Below, in pieces: positions 7,904-15,594 of a DNA stretch of 19,127 nt; position 1 is the first letter of the stretch, and the number at the start of each line of letters is the position of its first letter. The DNA is from Oligoflexus sp. (GTDB lineage Bacteria; Bdellovibrionota_B; Oligoflexia; Oligoflexales; Oligoflexaceae), in NCBI GenBank assembly GCA_041736305.1, contig JBGSTX010000028.1, positions 1 through 19,127 on the forward strand, written 5' to 3'. Position numbers and translations under genes: made by a program. A model generated the notes under the pieces. That model saw nothing but the letters and a program-made list of their open reading frames with translations. It searched no databases and was not told the origin of the DNA.

Positions 7904-8902
7904 TCAAAGCTCCGGCAAGACGATGTTACTGTCGACACCAAAAATCTTAGTCAGAAGGGCGACTCGCGTCCACATCCCATTCCTCTCCTGACGCCAGTAC
8001 TTCGCGCGAGGATCACTGTCTATGGCCAGGTCCAGTTCCTCCCGTCGCGGGAGGGGATGCATGATAACAGCTGTTGTCTTCATATTTTGCAAGTGGCTGT
8101 GCTTGAGGTGAAAGCGGCTGGAATCGACTTTCCGCGATTCTCCAGCCACATCGTATTCATCTTGGACTCTGGTCATGTACACAGCGTCCGTGCTGCTCAA
8201 TGCATCTTCCATCTCGCTGGTCTCTTCGAAATGCACACCCTTGCTCTTGAGCTTGAGGCGAAGGTCGTCACCGATGCGAAATTCGGGTGGTGAGACGAAG
8301 TTGATCCGCACATCCCTATAATTGCTGAGCAGGCCGCTCAACGAGCGGATCGTCCGACCACGCCTCAGGTCGCCCACCATGGTGATGGTTTTTCCGTCGA
8401 TTCCCCCCAGTCGAATAAAGCTGCGGTTGAGGGTATAAATATCTAAGAGCGCCTGAGTGGGGTGCTCGTCAGGCCCGCTTCCTGCGTTGATGATAGGGAC
8501 CGGACGCTCGGTTTCATCCAGCAAAGCTGCAATGCGATCACAGAGCCCCGGGACCGGCGTCCTCATAATGATGATATCGACATAACTGGAGAACGTTCGC
8601 AGCGAGTCTTCGATGCTTTCGCCCTTACGTTCTGAGCTGGTCGAGGAATCGCGGATTTCATTCGTGTTCATGCCAAGAATTTGACAAGCGGTTTGAAAGG
8701 AGAGGAAAGTCCGCGTTGAAGGCTGGGTAAAGTAGAGCATGGCTCGGCGGTGAGCCAGCAGACCTTTAAGATACATCAGCCCCTCCTTCGACTTATCAAA
8801 ACGTCGAATGGTGTCTGTCAAGAGGCAGAGCGAGTCGAGGAAAGGCCTATCGAACTGGGCTGAGTGGAGAATATGAATTGGCTTAGCGGCAGTCGAATCC
8901 AT
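7904..8902 (-). CDS. pyrB: aspartate carbamoyltransferase catalytic subunit
   Basis: PSTRT, KGES, INAG..EHPTQALLD, GDL..GRT, YMTRVQ, MHPLPR motifs. Confidence 0.92.
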   Translation of the reverse strand: MDSTAAKPIHILHSAQFDRPFLDSLCLLTDTIRRFDKSKEGLMYLKGLLAHRRAMLYFTQPSTRTFLSFQTACQILGMNTNEIRDSSTSSERKGESIEDSLRTFSSYVDIIIMRTPVPGLCDRIAALLDETERPVPIINAGSGPDEHPTQALLDIYTLNRSFIRLGGIDGKTITMVGDLRRGRTIRSLSGLLSNYRDVRINFVSPPEFRIGDDLRLKLKSKGVHFEETSEMEDALSSTDAVYMTRVQDEYDVAGESRKVDSSRFHLKHSHLQNMKTTAVIMHPLPRREELDLAIDSDPRAKYWRQERNGMWTRVALLTKIFGVDSNIVLPEL

Positions 8903-8916
8903 GGAAAATCCCTTCT

Positions 8917-9942
8917 TTAGCTGTAGAGAACCGCGGCAGGACCGGTTCCCTCACGCAGCTTACCAATGGTACAGGCACTCAGTTTGAGTTCGCTCGCTAA
9001 CTGCAGGAAGTCTTGTGCAGCGTCTTGAGCGACAACTGCAATCATCCCAGCCCCCATGTTCAAAACTCCTTCCACATCCTGGAATGCTGCTCCATGCGAC
9101 TCACAGAAAGATGCCATCCACCGCGGAGTTGGCAAATCGCTCGCTTTGATTTCGGCGTGGCAACCATCGGGCAAAACACGTGGCAAATTTCCTGATATCC
9201 CGCCTCCGGTAATATTAGCTAAAGCATGGAGATGTCCCCAGCCGAGGCGCTCGATAAGTTCAGGCACTTCGTGATATATCTTGGTTGGTTCAAGTATCTT
9301 TTGCAGAAGGGAGGGATCGGCTGCTGTTTCGGCCAGCCACTTTCTGATCAACGAATAGCCATTGCTGTGAAAGCCGCTGCTCTCGAAAGCAATCAAAACA
9401 TCACCGGCCTTAACCAGCTCAGGACCCAGGCGACGCGAGGCATCAACTGCACCGACTACGAAACCAGCAAGATCGAAGTGGCCTTTTTTATAGAGACCTG
9501 GAAGCTCCGCCGTCTCACCGCCTAGAAGAGCTGCACCGCACGCATCCAAACCTTTTCGAATTCCGGACAGGACAGCCTTGAACTGTTGCTCATCGAGTAC
9601 TCCCGTCGCATAATAGTCGAGAAAGAAAAGTGGGCGACCACCGACCGTATAAAGGTCGTTTACGCACATGGCAACGAGATCGATCCCCAATCCCTCCAGC
9701 TGATTTTCTTCGATACCGAGCAGCACTTTAGTCCCGACACCATCGGTGCTGGCTATGAGCAAGGGATCGCTCATGTCCTGAAACTGCGGGCGATAAAGAG
9801 CCGCAAAACCACCAATTCCGGAGACGATTTCACCTCGCTGAGATCGCGGCGAGCTGCTGCTCTGCAGCCAGTCGACCAGAGCATCACCTTTTTCGACATC
9901 GACTCCGGATTCCTTGTAGAAATTCTTGCCACTCATACTCAT
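8917..9942 (-). CDS. purM: phosphoribosylformylglycinamidine cyclo-ligase (AIR synthetase)
   Basis: YKESGVD, IGGFAA, TDGVGTK, DLVAMCVND, FFLDY, GGETAELPG, HSNGYSL, ITGGG, NMGAG motifs; SD GAGGAG. Confidence 0.96.
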   Translation of the reverse strand: MSMSGKNFYKESGVDVEKGDALVDWLQSSSSPRSQRGEIVSGIGGFAALYRPQFQDMSDPLLIASTDGVGTKVLLGIEENQLEGLGIDLVAMCVNDLYTVGGRPLFFLDYYATGVLDEQQFKAVLSGIRKGLDACGAALLGGETAELPGLYKKGHFDLAGFVVGAVDASRRLGPELVKAGDVLIAFESSGFHSNGYSLIRKWLAETAADPSLLQKILEPTKIYHEVPELIERLGWGHLHALANITGGGISGNLPRVLPDGCHAEIKASDLPTPRWMASFCESHGAAFQDVEGVLNMGAGMIAVVAQDAAQDFLQLASELKLSACTIGKLREGTGPAAVLYS

Positions 9943-9978
9943 CCATCTCCTCGATCTCGCATCTATAAAAAAGCTGAT

Positions 9979-10644
9979 TCAGCTGCCTCTGTCGAGTAGC
10001 ACCCGAGTTTCATGATGCCCTTGAAAAGCCTCTTCATGAAAGGCTCGGTCTAATGAAAAAATTACGGTTTTACCCCGAAAAAAGTCTAGCTCTAGAAGCT
10101 GCGGAGCCACCAGCTCACCGCAGAGCCAGTAGTAGGAGAGATCCTTAATCTGCAGGGCTCTGGCCAACTCTTCCTCTGTTTGGCAAAGAAGTATCGCAGG
10201 GAATCCGTAGTCTCTGCCCAGTTCCACGAGAAATTGAGTGAGAGCCTGGTCCAGCTCGCTCATCGATAGGCAGTAGGCATCAGCACCCATAGCGCGAGAT
10301 TCTAAAACGGCTATTTCGTCTTTTAGCGGATCTTTTCGCCAAAAAGGACGACGCGCCTCCTGAAGTTTCGCCTGCCGAAACCAGCCCGCTTCGGCGGCCT
10401 CCTCATTGGCAAGATCGATAAGAAAAACTTCCGCATATTTAGACTCGGATTGAAATGACTCGGGGTCCGGGGCAGACTTGAGGTAAGTGCAGTAACGGGG
10501 ACGTCCATCCTTGCAGGGCCCGAGGAGCCGGGGAGGCGGACTTTCAGGAATAAGCGTTTTAATGCGCTCACGATATTGAACCCGCTGCTTCTGGGAAGAG
10601 GGCTCGTGAAACTGGTCCCAGAGGTGGTCAAAAAAGTCAGCCAT
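9979..10644 (-). CDS. divergent indole-3-glycerol-phosphate-synthase-like (TrpC-like) protein, probably non-catalytic
   Basis: PFWRKDPLKDEIAVLESRAMGADAYCL...LVELGRDYGFPAILLCQTEEELARAL parallels TrpC PVLRKDF...EAR..GADA.LL...G...LVEVH..EEL..AL; intact ORF with SD GGAGG. Confidence 0.65.
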   Translation of the reverse strand: MADFFDHLWDQFHEPSSQKQRVQYRERIKTLIPESPPPRLLGPCKDGRPRYCTYLKSAPDPESFQSESKYAEVFLIDLANEEAAEAGWFRQAKLQEARRPFWRKDPLKDEIAVLESRAMGADAYCLSMSELDQALTQFLVELGRDYGFPAILLCQTEEELARALQIKDLSYYWLCGELVAPQLLELDFFRGKTVIFSLDRAFHEEAFQGHHETRVLLDRGS

Positions 10645-10699
10645 ACCCTCCCCCCAAAGTAATTTTCTCTAATAATTATTGCTAGATACCTTGATTGCG

Positions 10700-10726
10700 T
10701 AAAGTTTTTCAGCTCGCTGCCGAATC
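10700..10726 (+). promoter_or_regulatory. sigma28-type promoter
   Basis: TAAAGTTT-N11-GCCGAATC: canonical spacing with a consensus extended -35 and a GCCGA -10 core. Confidence 0.6.
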
Positions 10727-10768
10727 CTTACTATGAGGAAATATCGATCCCAGCCAAAGGTCGCGGTG

Positions 10769-11626
10769 ATGAGAGCTGAAACAAAATTGAAAAACAACTG
10801 GATCAAAATGGCTTTGGGTGTGTATCTAGCCACCCTTACAAACCACAGTCGTGGAGATGTTGTCTATAAGAAAATCAGCACTCTAGAGACAGTGGCCCAG
10901 TGCGATGGCGAGGAGCTTAATGCACCTTTGCTTGACGAGACCGGAAGCGAAAGTCTAAAGGTCAGAAAAGTTACCCAAGGCGACGAAGGCCTCACTGTGC
11001 TTTTGAACGGAGGAAAAAACCAAGGTTTTCTCTCAGGAACTGTCCTTGAAGCGCGACGCTCTCTGCGCGGAACCTGGATCCCGACTGCACTTCTCAAAAT
11101 AATTGAAGTCCAAGACTCCTATAGCTTAGCCCGTGTCACCAGCGATAGCTCTCAAGTATCAGCCATGCATTTTCCAGATTTCCCCGGGATAATGGTCGGG
11201 GATGAAGCATTTCCCCAGGAATTTGTAGTGGCGCAAACGCTCCGCATCCTGCCAACCCGGACCTTGACCTTCGATCGACTCTTTGTCGATCCGAAGGGAA
11301 TGCCCAGTAGTTTTGAGCTGACGCCCGAGGGAAAAAATCTGCTGCTCAACGAAGCCCGAGTCTTCGTCGACGCTCACGTACCTCTGCTTCTCATCGAAGG
11401 CCACACAGACCTCAAAGGCGATCGGCAAGCGAACCAGATCGAGTCCTATCAAAGGGCTCTCACAATTAGGCAAATGCTCATAGAAGAATTGGGCTTAGAT
11501 CCGGAGAGACTGGTCGCGATTGGCCTGGGCGAGTCTGAGCCTCTGAGCGAACCCTATCTCCCTGGCCGTGACCGCGAAGCGCGCCGCATTGTGCTGAGAG
11601 TAAAAAACAGCAAAACTAGCCCTTGA
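10769..11626 (+). CDS. OmpA-family peptidoglycan-binding protein with an N-terminal FlgT_C-like beta domain
   Basis: C-terminal IEGHTD...ANQIESYQRA..IRQML...LVAIGLGESEP...RRI; N-terminal VLLNGGKNQGF..GTVL...ALLKIIEVQDSYSLARV; weakly hydrophobic N-terminus. Start ATG 10769 or TTG 10787; ATG 10733 sits at the predicted TSS. Confidence 0.75.
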   Translation: MRAETKLKNNWIKMALGVYLATLTNHSRGDVVYKKISTLETVAQCDGEELNAPLLDETGSESLKVRKVTQGDEGLTVLLNGGKNQGFLSGTVLEARRSLRGTWIPTALLKIIEVQDSYSLARVTSDSSQVSAMHFPDFPGIMVGDEAFPQEFVVAQTLRILPTRTLTFDRLFVDPKGMPSSFELTPEGKNLLLNEARVFVDAHVPLLLIEGHTDLKGDRQANQIESYQRALTIRQMLIEELGLDPERLVAIGLGESEPLSEPYLPGRDREARRIVLRVKNSKTSP

Positions 11627-11728
11627 ATCTGGCTCACAAAGCTGTATCTATTTCATATGGGTTCAGGCATGATGAGCCCTTGCATTTTGCCTCCCTCAAC
11701 GGACCTTGTAGGACTTTAATGACAGCCG

Positions 11729-12937
11729 ATGAAAACCAAATTCGCCCTGTTTGCGATCTCTCTGCTGTCCGCCGCCGCTGCGCTGCTGATGCAGCACTTC
11801 ATCCAGCTGCCTCTGTCTACGGTATCCCCATCGTCTGAGAAACAACTCAAGCTACGTCCAATAGCCGAATTCGAGCCAAACTTCGCTGTCGCGGTAAGTG
11901 AGCAAATTCTCTTCCGTGAATCTGGAGTAGATCTGATAAAGGAAATCCTCAAGGCGCGAGGCCGCGTCTACCTTTTCACGACTCAAACCTTAGTCGATCA
12001 GGTCGAAGAATTTCTGCAAAAGCAGAAGCCTTTCACTCCGGAGGAGCTCGATGCCATTATCAAGATTCAACTTGAACATGAGAGCTTTTGGATTCGGGAT
12101 TTTTTCCCCCAGCCGGTTTTCCGAGCCTATCCAACGCTGCCTCCTACTCCCAGCTTTGTCGACTTCGTCTACCGCGATGGAAATAGTTTCGATGATGCAG
12201 CTATCCATCAGTTCGCATTGGCTATCAATTCGAGTGTCGAGCATTTGCCCCTAGTCCTCGATGGCGGAAACTTTATGACGGACGGAGAAAATTGCCTTGT
12301 CTCAGAGGAGCTGGCGACAGATCCCGAAGCACCGCATTTAGACCAAGCGGCTGATACCGACATTAGCCAACGCATCGGCGAAATCTTACGGGAGGCGATG
12401 GGCTGCCAAAACACAGTTGTCGTCAGTCAAATCCCGCATCCGCACGTAGATATGTGGCTTAAATTCACCAAAAAGCGCACTTTAGTCATCAATCAGATCG
12501 ATGAACGAGCGATGAAACTCATCTCCGGCCTTAGCGCCGACGAGCAGGAGCGGATCAAGAAAATAAAAATTACTCTGGACCAGACTGCGGCTCGCCTTGC
12601 CGATAGTTTCCGGGTCATACGAGTGCCCATGCCCCTGCCGGTTCACGATATCTTCTTTACTTATGTGAATTCTGTGATAGTAAACGATACAGTCATCATA
12701 CCTCAGTACAGGAACCCCGACCCCAAGAGAGGTTCTTACCCTGATAAGGAGCTTTATGCGTCTTATGAGGAAGAGGTTCGTAAAACGTTTCAGGATTTAG
12801 GGTTTAAAGTGGTGCTGCTCAGATCAGACGACTTAATTAAGGAGGGAGGAGCCTTCCATTGTGTGACATTCCACCTTCCCGATCTCGATGCGATCGTAAA
12901 CGACTCAGGTCATTTAGCAAAAAGTCTTAGAAAATGA
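11729..12937 (+). CDS. exported peptidylarginine deiminase / agmatine deiminase family protein
   Basis: Pentein motifs WIRD, DGGN, HVD, TYVN, GGAFHC; N-terminal hydrophobic signal or anchor MKTKFALFAISLLSAAAALL. Confidence 0.85.
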   Translation: MKTKFALFAISLLSAAAALLMQHFIQLPLSTVSPSSEKQLKLRPIAEFEPNFAVAVSEQILFRESGVDLIKEILKARGRVYLFTTQTLVDQVEEFLQKQKPFTPEELDAIIKIQLEHESFWIRDFFPQPVFRAYPTLPPTPSFVDFVYRDGNSFDDAAIHQFALAINSSVEHLPLVLDGGNFMTDGENCLVSEELATDPEAPHLDQAADTDISQRIGEILREAMGCQNTVVVSQIPHPHVDMWLKFTKKRTLVINQIDERAMKLISGLSADEQERIKKIKITLDQTAARLADSFRVIRVPMPLPVHDIFFTYVNSVIVNDTVIIPQYRNPDPKRGSYPDKELYASYEEEVRKTFQDLGFKVVLLRSDDLIKEGGAFHCVTFHLPDLDAIVNDSGHLAKSLRK

Positions 12938-12973
12938 CGATCAACGAAGCTAGTAAAACGAGGGAGAGCTTCC

Positions 12974-13624
12974 ATGATACACCCAGAAACTAAGTTAAAA
13001 TGGGTCAGCAACGAAATCGGTTACGGTGTCTTTGCTGCCACACACATTCCCAAAGGCACTGCTGTTTACGTGCGGGATGCGTTGGAAATCGTCATTAGCC
13101 GCCAGGCACCACTGGCGAAGAATCCTGCATACCAAGAGATTATCAGGAAGTACTCATACATTGACTCGAAGGGCGACTATGTTCTTAGCTGGGACCATGG
13201 ACGCTTTGTCAATCATTGCTGCTTTCCCAATACGATCACGACGGGCTATGGTTTCGAGATTGCCATTCGAGATATAACCCCTGGCGAAGAAATCACAGAT
13301 GACTATGGGCTACTGAATCTTGACGAAGATATTCCGCTTTCTTGCAATAAGGGAAATTGTCGAGGCGTTGCCCGAGCACGAGACTTTGAGGCCCACGTTG
13401 AATACTGGGATGAGGTAGTTCGCGAATCTCTGACTCATTTCTATCTTGTGGACCAGCCGCTGCTGCCTTTCTTCGAGCAGAACACGCTGAAGCAGCTCAC
13501 CCAGTATCTGGAAACAGGCAGTTCTTATCTGTCGGTTGGTTCTCAGAAATATGTTGAGGGAATCAACACCCCCGAACTTCGTTACATGAAGGAACGTAAA
13601 CTGAGCGCCGAACGTTCTGAATAA
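12974..13624 (+). CDS. SET-domain protein (lysine methyltransferase family)
   Basis: GYGVFA..IPKGT, RFVNHCC.PN, RDI.PGEEITDDY, post-SET-like C-x4-CRG; SD GAGGGAG. Confidence 0.9.
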   Translation: MIHPETKLKWVSNEIGYGVFAATHIPKGTAVYVRDALEIVISRQAPLAKNPAYQEIIRKYSYIDSKGDYVLSWDHGRFVNHCCFPNTITTGYGFEIAIRDITPGEEITDDYGLLNLDEDIPLSCNKGNCRGVARARDFEAHVEYWDEVVRESLTHFYLVDQPLLPFFEQNTLKQLTQYLETGSSYLSVGSQKYVEGINTPELRYMKERKLSAERSE

Positions 13625-13684
13625 GTTCACCCACCCCTCTATTCCTATTGACTCTCTACTAGCGAGTCAGTAGCTCTGCTTCCT

Positions 13685-13717
13685 CCCGGCAACCATAAGG
13701 TGCCGGGTTTTTCTTTT
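13685..13717 (+). terminator. intrinsic terminator after the SET gene
   Basis: CCCGGCA/TGCCGGG stem (13685-13707) followed by TTTTTCTTTT. Confidence 0.85.
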
Positions 13718-13804
13718 CTTTGGTTTTTCTGCCCACTTACTGCTTAAGCGCAAAGCTGTTGGCCGAATCCTTCCGTAAAAAAATAAAAATAATAAACGTA
13801 CTTA

Positions 13805-13842
13805 GGTCCTTTTTGAAAAAAATTAGGACCACTCCGTAAACT
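13805..13842 (+). promoter_or_regulatory. putative sigma70 promoter with an overlapping inverted repeat, upstream of the XRE gene
   Basis: TTGAAA-N18-TAAACT (13813-13842); A-rich UP-like tract upstream; GGTCCT-N14-AGGACC (13805-13830) straddles the -35. Confidence 0.4.
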
Positions 13843-13898
13843 TTCTTTTGTATAGTGCCAGGACGGGCATACTCACTTAGCACAGCGAGGATAGAAGC

Positions 13899-14162
13899 AT
13901 GGTCATTGAAACGTTTGTCCGCCAGGAAAGACGTAGGCAAGGTTTGGATTTTAAAGAACTGTCTTTGCATTCCAAGGTCGAGCCTGAGCTTTTGGAAAGA
14001 ATGGAGATCGATGCGGCTCAAGTACCCCTAGAAGCTGTGAATTCTGTATTGCGCGCGCTAGGCTACCAGCTAGGTATCGTACGGGATTTTAGGCCTTGGG
14101 ATGCTGATTATCATCCACATAGTATTGAAGCTCTACCAGAGACCGAAACGCTGAGCCTCTAG
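13899..14162 (+). CDS. XRE-family (HipB-like) helix-turn-helix protein
   Basis: VRQERRRQGL..KELS...V....LERME......LEAVNSVLRALG pattern; SD GAGGA. Confidence 0.75.
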   Translation: MVIETFVRQERRRQGLDFKELSLHSKVEPELLERMEIDAAQVPLEAVNSVLRALGYQLGIVRDFRPWDADYHPHSIEALPETETLSL

Positions 14163-14175
14163 AGACCCAAAAGCA

Positions 14176-14237
14176 GCCCGACTTTTTTCACCAGGGATTT
14201 GAGAGAATCTTCCCGGTAGAAAGTCGGGCCTTTTTTT
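14176..14237 (+). terminator. long-stem intrinsic terminator between the XRE gene and egtB
   Basis: GCCCGACTTT/AAAGTCGGGC 10-bp basal stem with further inner pairing, then C followed by 7 T. Confidence 0.75.
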
Positions 14238-14303
14238 AGGTTCCTATTTTTGCCAGCATCGTCCATCATAGTCTCTGACTTCTTTGCTTGAAAGACTGAG
14301 TCT

Positions 14304-15590
14304 ATGGAACCTAAGTTCTCAGCTATAGATGGCCTCATCGAAGCGTATCGCGCGACGCGCCGACGCTCAGAGCAGATATGTACTGCCCTCAGCGATGAAG
14401 ATTGTATGCTTCAGGCTTGTGAAGACGTCAGTCCCACCAAGTGGCATCTCGCGCATACCACCTGGTTCTTCGAACACTTTATCTTAGCTACTTCCTCAGA
14501 GCATCGAGCGCCCTTTAATCCCGCTTTCGACTTCATCTTCAACTCCTACTATGAAACCGCTGGTGCGTTCCATCCTCGTCCAAAACGCGGCATGCTTTCA
14601 CGCCCGTCTCGGAGCGAGGTAATGGAATACCGCTCCTATGTTGATGAGCAAATTTGCGAAATCTTCCAGAGTGGACGGGACATCTCTCTCAATGGTCGAC
14701 CAGCGAGTGAAGTTCTTGAGATAGGCATTCAGCATGAACAGCAGCATCAAGAGCTGATATTGAGTGATATAAAGTACAACTTATTTTCTCAACCCCTGCA
14801 GCCTGCTTTGCTTTCCCCGGCTTCTATGCTCGAGACGAGGGTCACGCGGGCAAGTCCTTTGCGCTGGGAACGCTTGGCCGAGGGGGTCTACTGCATAGGG
14901 CATCAAAGCAGATCCGCTGGCTCTGGCTTTTGTTTTGACAATGAACTTCCTCGGCATCAGGTCTATATCCCCTCTATAGCGATCACGCTGCGACCGATCT
15001 CAAATCGGGATTTTCTGGGATTCATCCAAGACCGCGCCTACCAAAAGGTAGAGCTTTGGCTTTCTGAAGCTTGGCAGTGGGTTCAAACTCAAGGTACCAA
15101 GCATCCACTTTACTGGAAGAAAGACGAAAAGGATGGTTGGCTCCAGTATACCCTTTCTGGTTGGCTGCCCCTTGATCTAGACGAACCCGTTTGCCACATC
15201 AGCTACTACGAGGCAGACGCATTCGCCCGCTGGTCAGGGGCGCGTCTTCCGACCGAGGCAGAGTGGGAGACTTTCGCTTCCAAGTGTGGCCCTGCTCAGC
15301 CTCGAACCTCGTTTGATCTGACTCGTCTTCATCCGAAGCGGCTCCTCGATGAAGATCTTAATCCAGAAGTCTGGCAATGGACCATGAGCAGCTATAGCCC
15401 GTACCCAGGGTTTCGCTCATGGGATGGGTCGCTAGGTGAGTATAACGGCAAATTCATGGTGAACCAGTATGTGCTCAGAGGCGGATCCTGCGTGACGCCT
15501 CCAGGGCACCTGCGCTGGACTTACCGCAACTTTTTCCCCGCGTCGGCGCGCTGGCAATTTACAGGAGTCCGCCTTGCAAAAGACCTCTAA
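14304..15590 (+). CDS. egtB: ergothioneine biosynthesis sulfoxide synthase
   Basis: DinB-like domain SPTKWHLAHTTWFFE, FNSYY, HEQQHQEL (3-His iron site); FGE-sulfatase domain FDNE.P.H, RLPTEAEWE, GEYNGKFM, LRGGS, YRNFF; adjacent to egtD. Confidence 0.95.
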   Translation: MEPKFSAIDGLIEAYRATRRRSEQICTALSDEDCMLQACEDVSPTKWHLAHTTWFFEHFILATSSEHRAPFNPAFDFIFNSYYETAGAFHPRPKRGMLSRPSRSEVMEYRSYVDEQICEIFQSGRDISLNGRPASEVLEIGIQHEQQHQELILSDIKYNLFSQPLQPALLSPASMLETRVTRASPLRWERLAEGVYCIGHQSRSAGSGFCFDNELPRHQVYIPSIAITLRPISNRDFLGFIQDRAYQKVELWLSEAWQWVQTQGTKHPLYWKKDEKDGWLQYTLSGWLPLDLDEPVCHISYYEADAFARWSGARLPTEAEWETFASKCGPAQPRTSFDLTRLHPKRLLDEDLNPEVWQWTMSSYSPYPGFRSWDGSLGEYNGKFMVNQYVLRGGSCVTPPGHLRWTYRNFFPASARWQFTGVRLAKDL

Positions 15591-15594
15591 AATC

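Noticed and set aside
7035..12937. Agmatine catabolism pathway (deiminase + nitrilase as AguB + carbamoyltransferase as PTC)
   Set aside because: The nitrilase has CYDLRFP (Nit1 type), not the AguB CWDQWFP; the transcarbamylase has ATCase motifs (HPLP, RVQ), not HCLP; the genes are in separate divergent units and the deiminase looks exported.
13744..13769. Possible sigma28 promoter TTAAG...GCCGAATC
   Set aside because: The spacing is 1-2 nt too short and the -35 is poor.
13845..13860. Minus-strand TGGCAC as a sigma54 -24 element
   Set aside because: There is no TTGC at the -12 position (it reads AAAAG).
13899..14162. HipBA or other type II toxin-antitoxin module
   Set aside because: No toxin ORF on either side; the gene is bounded by terminators.
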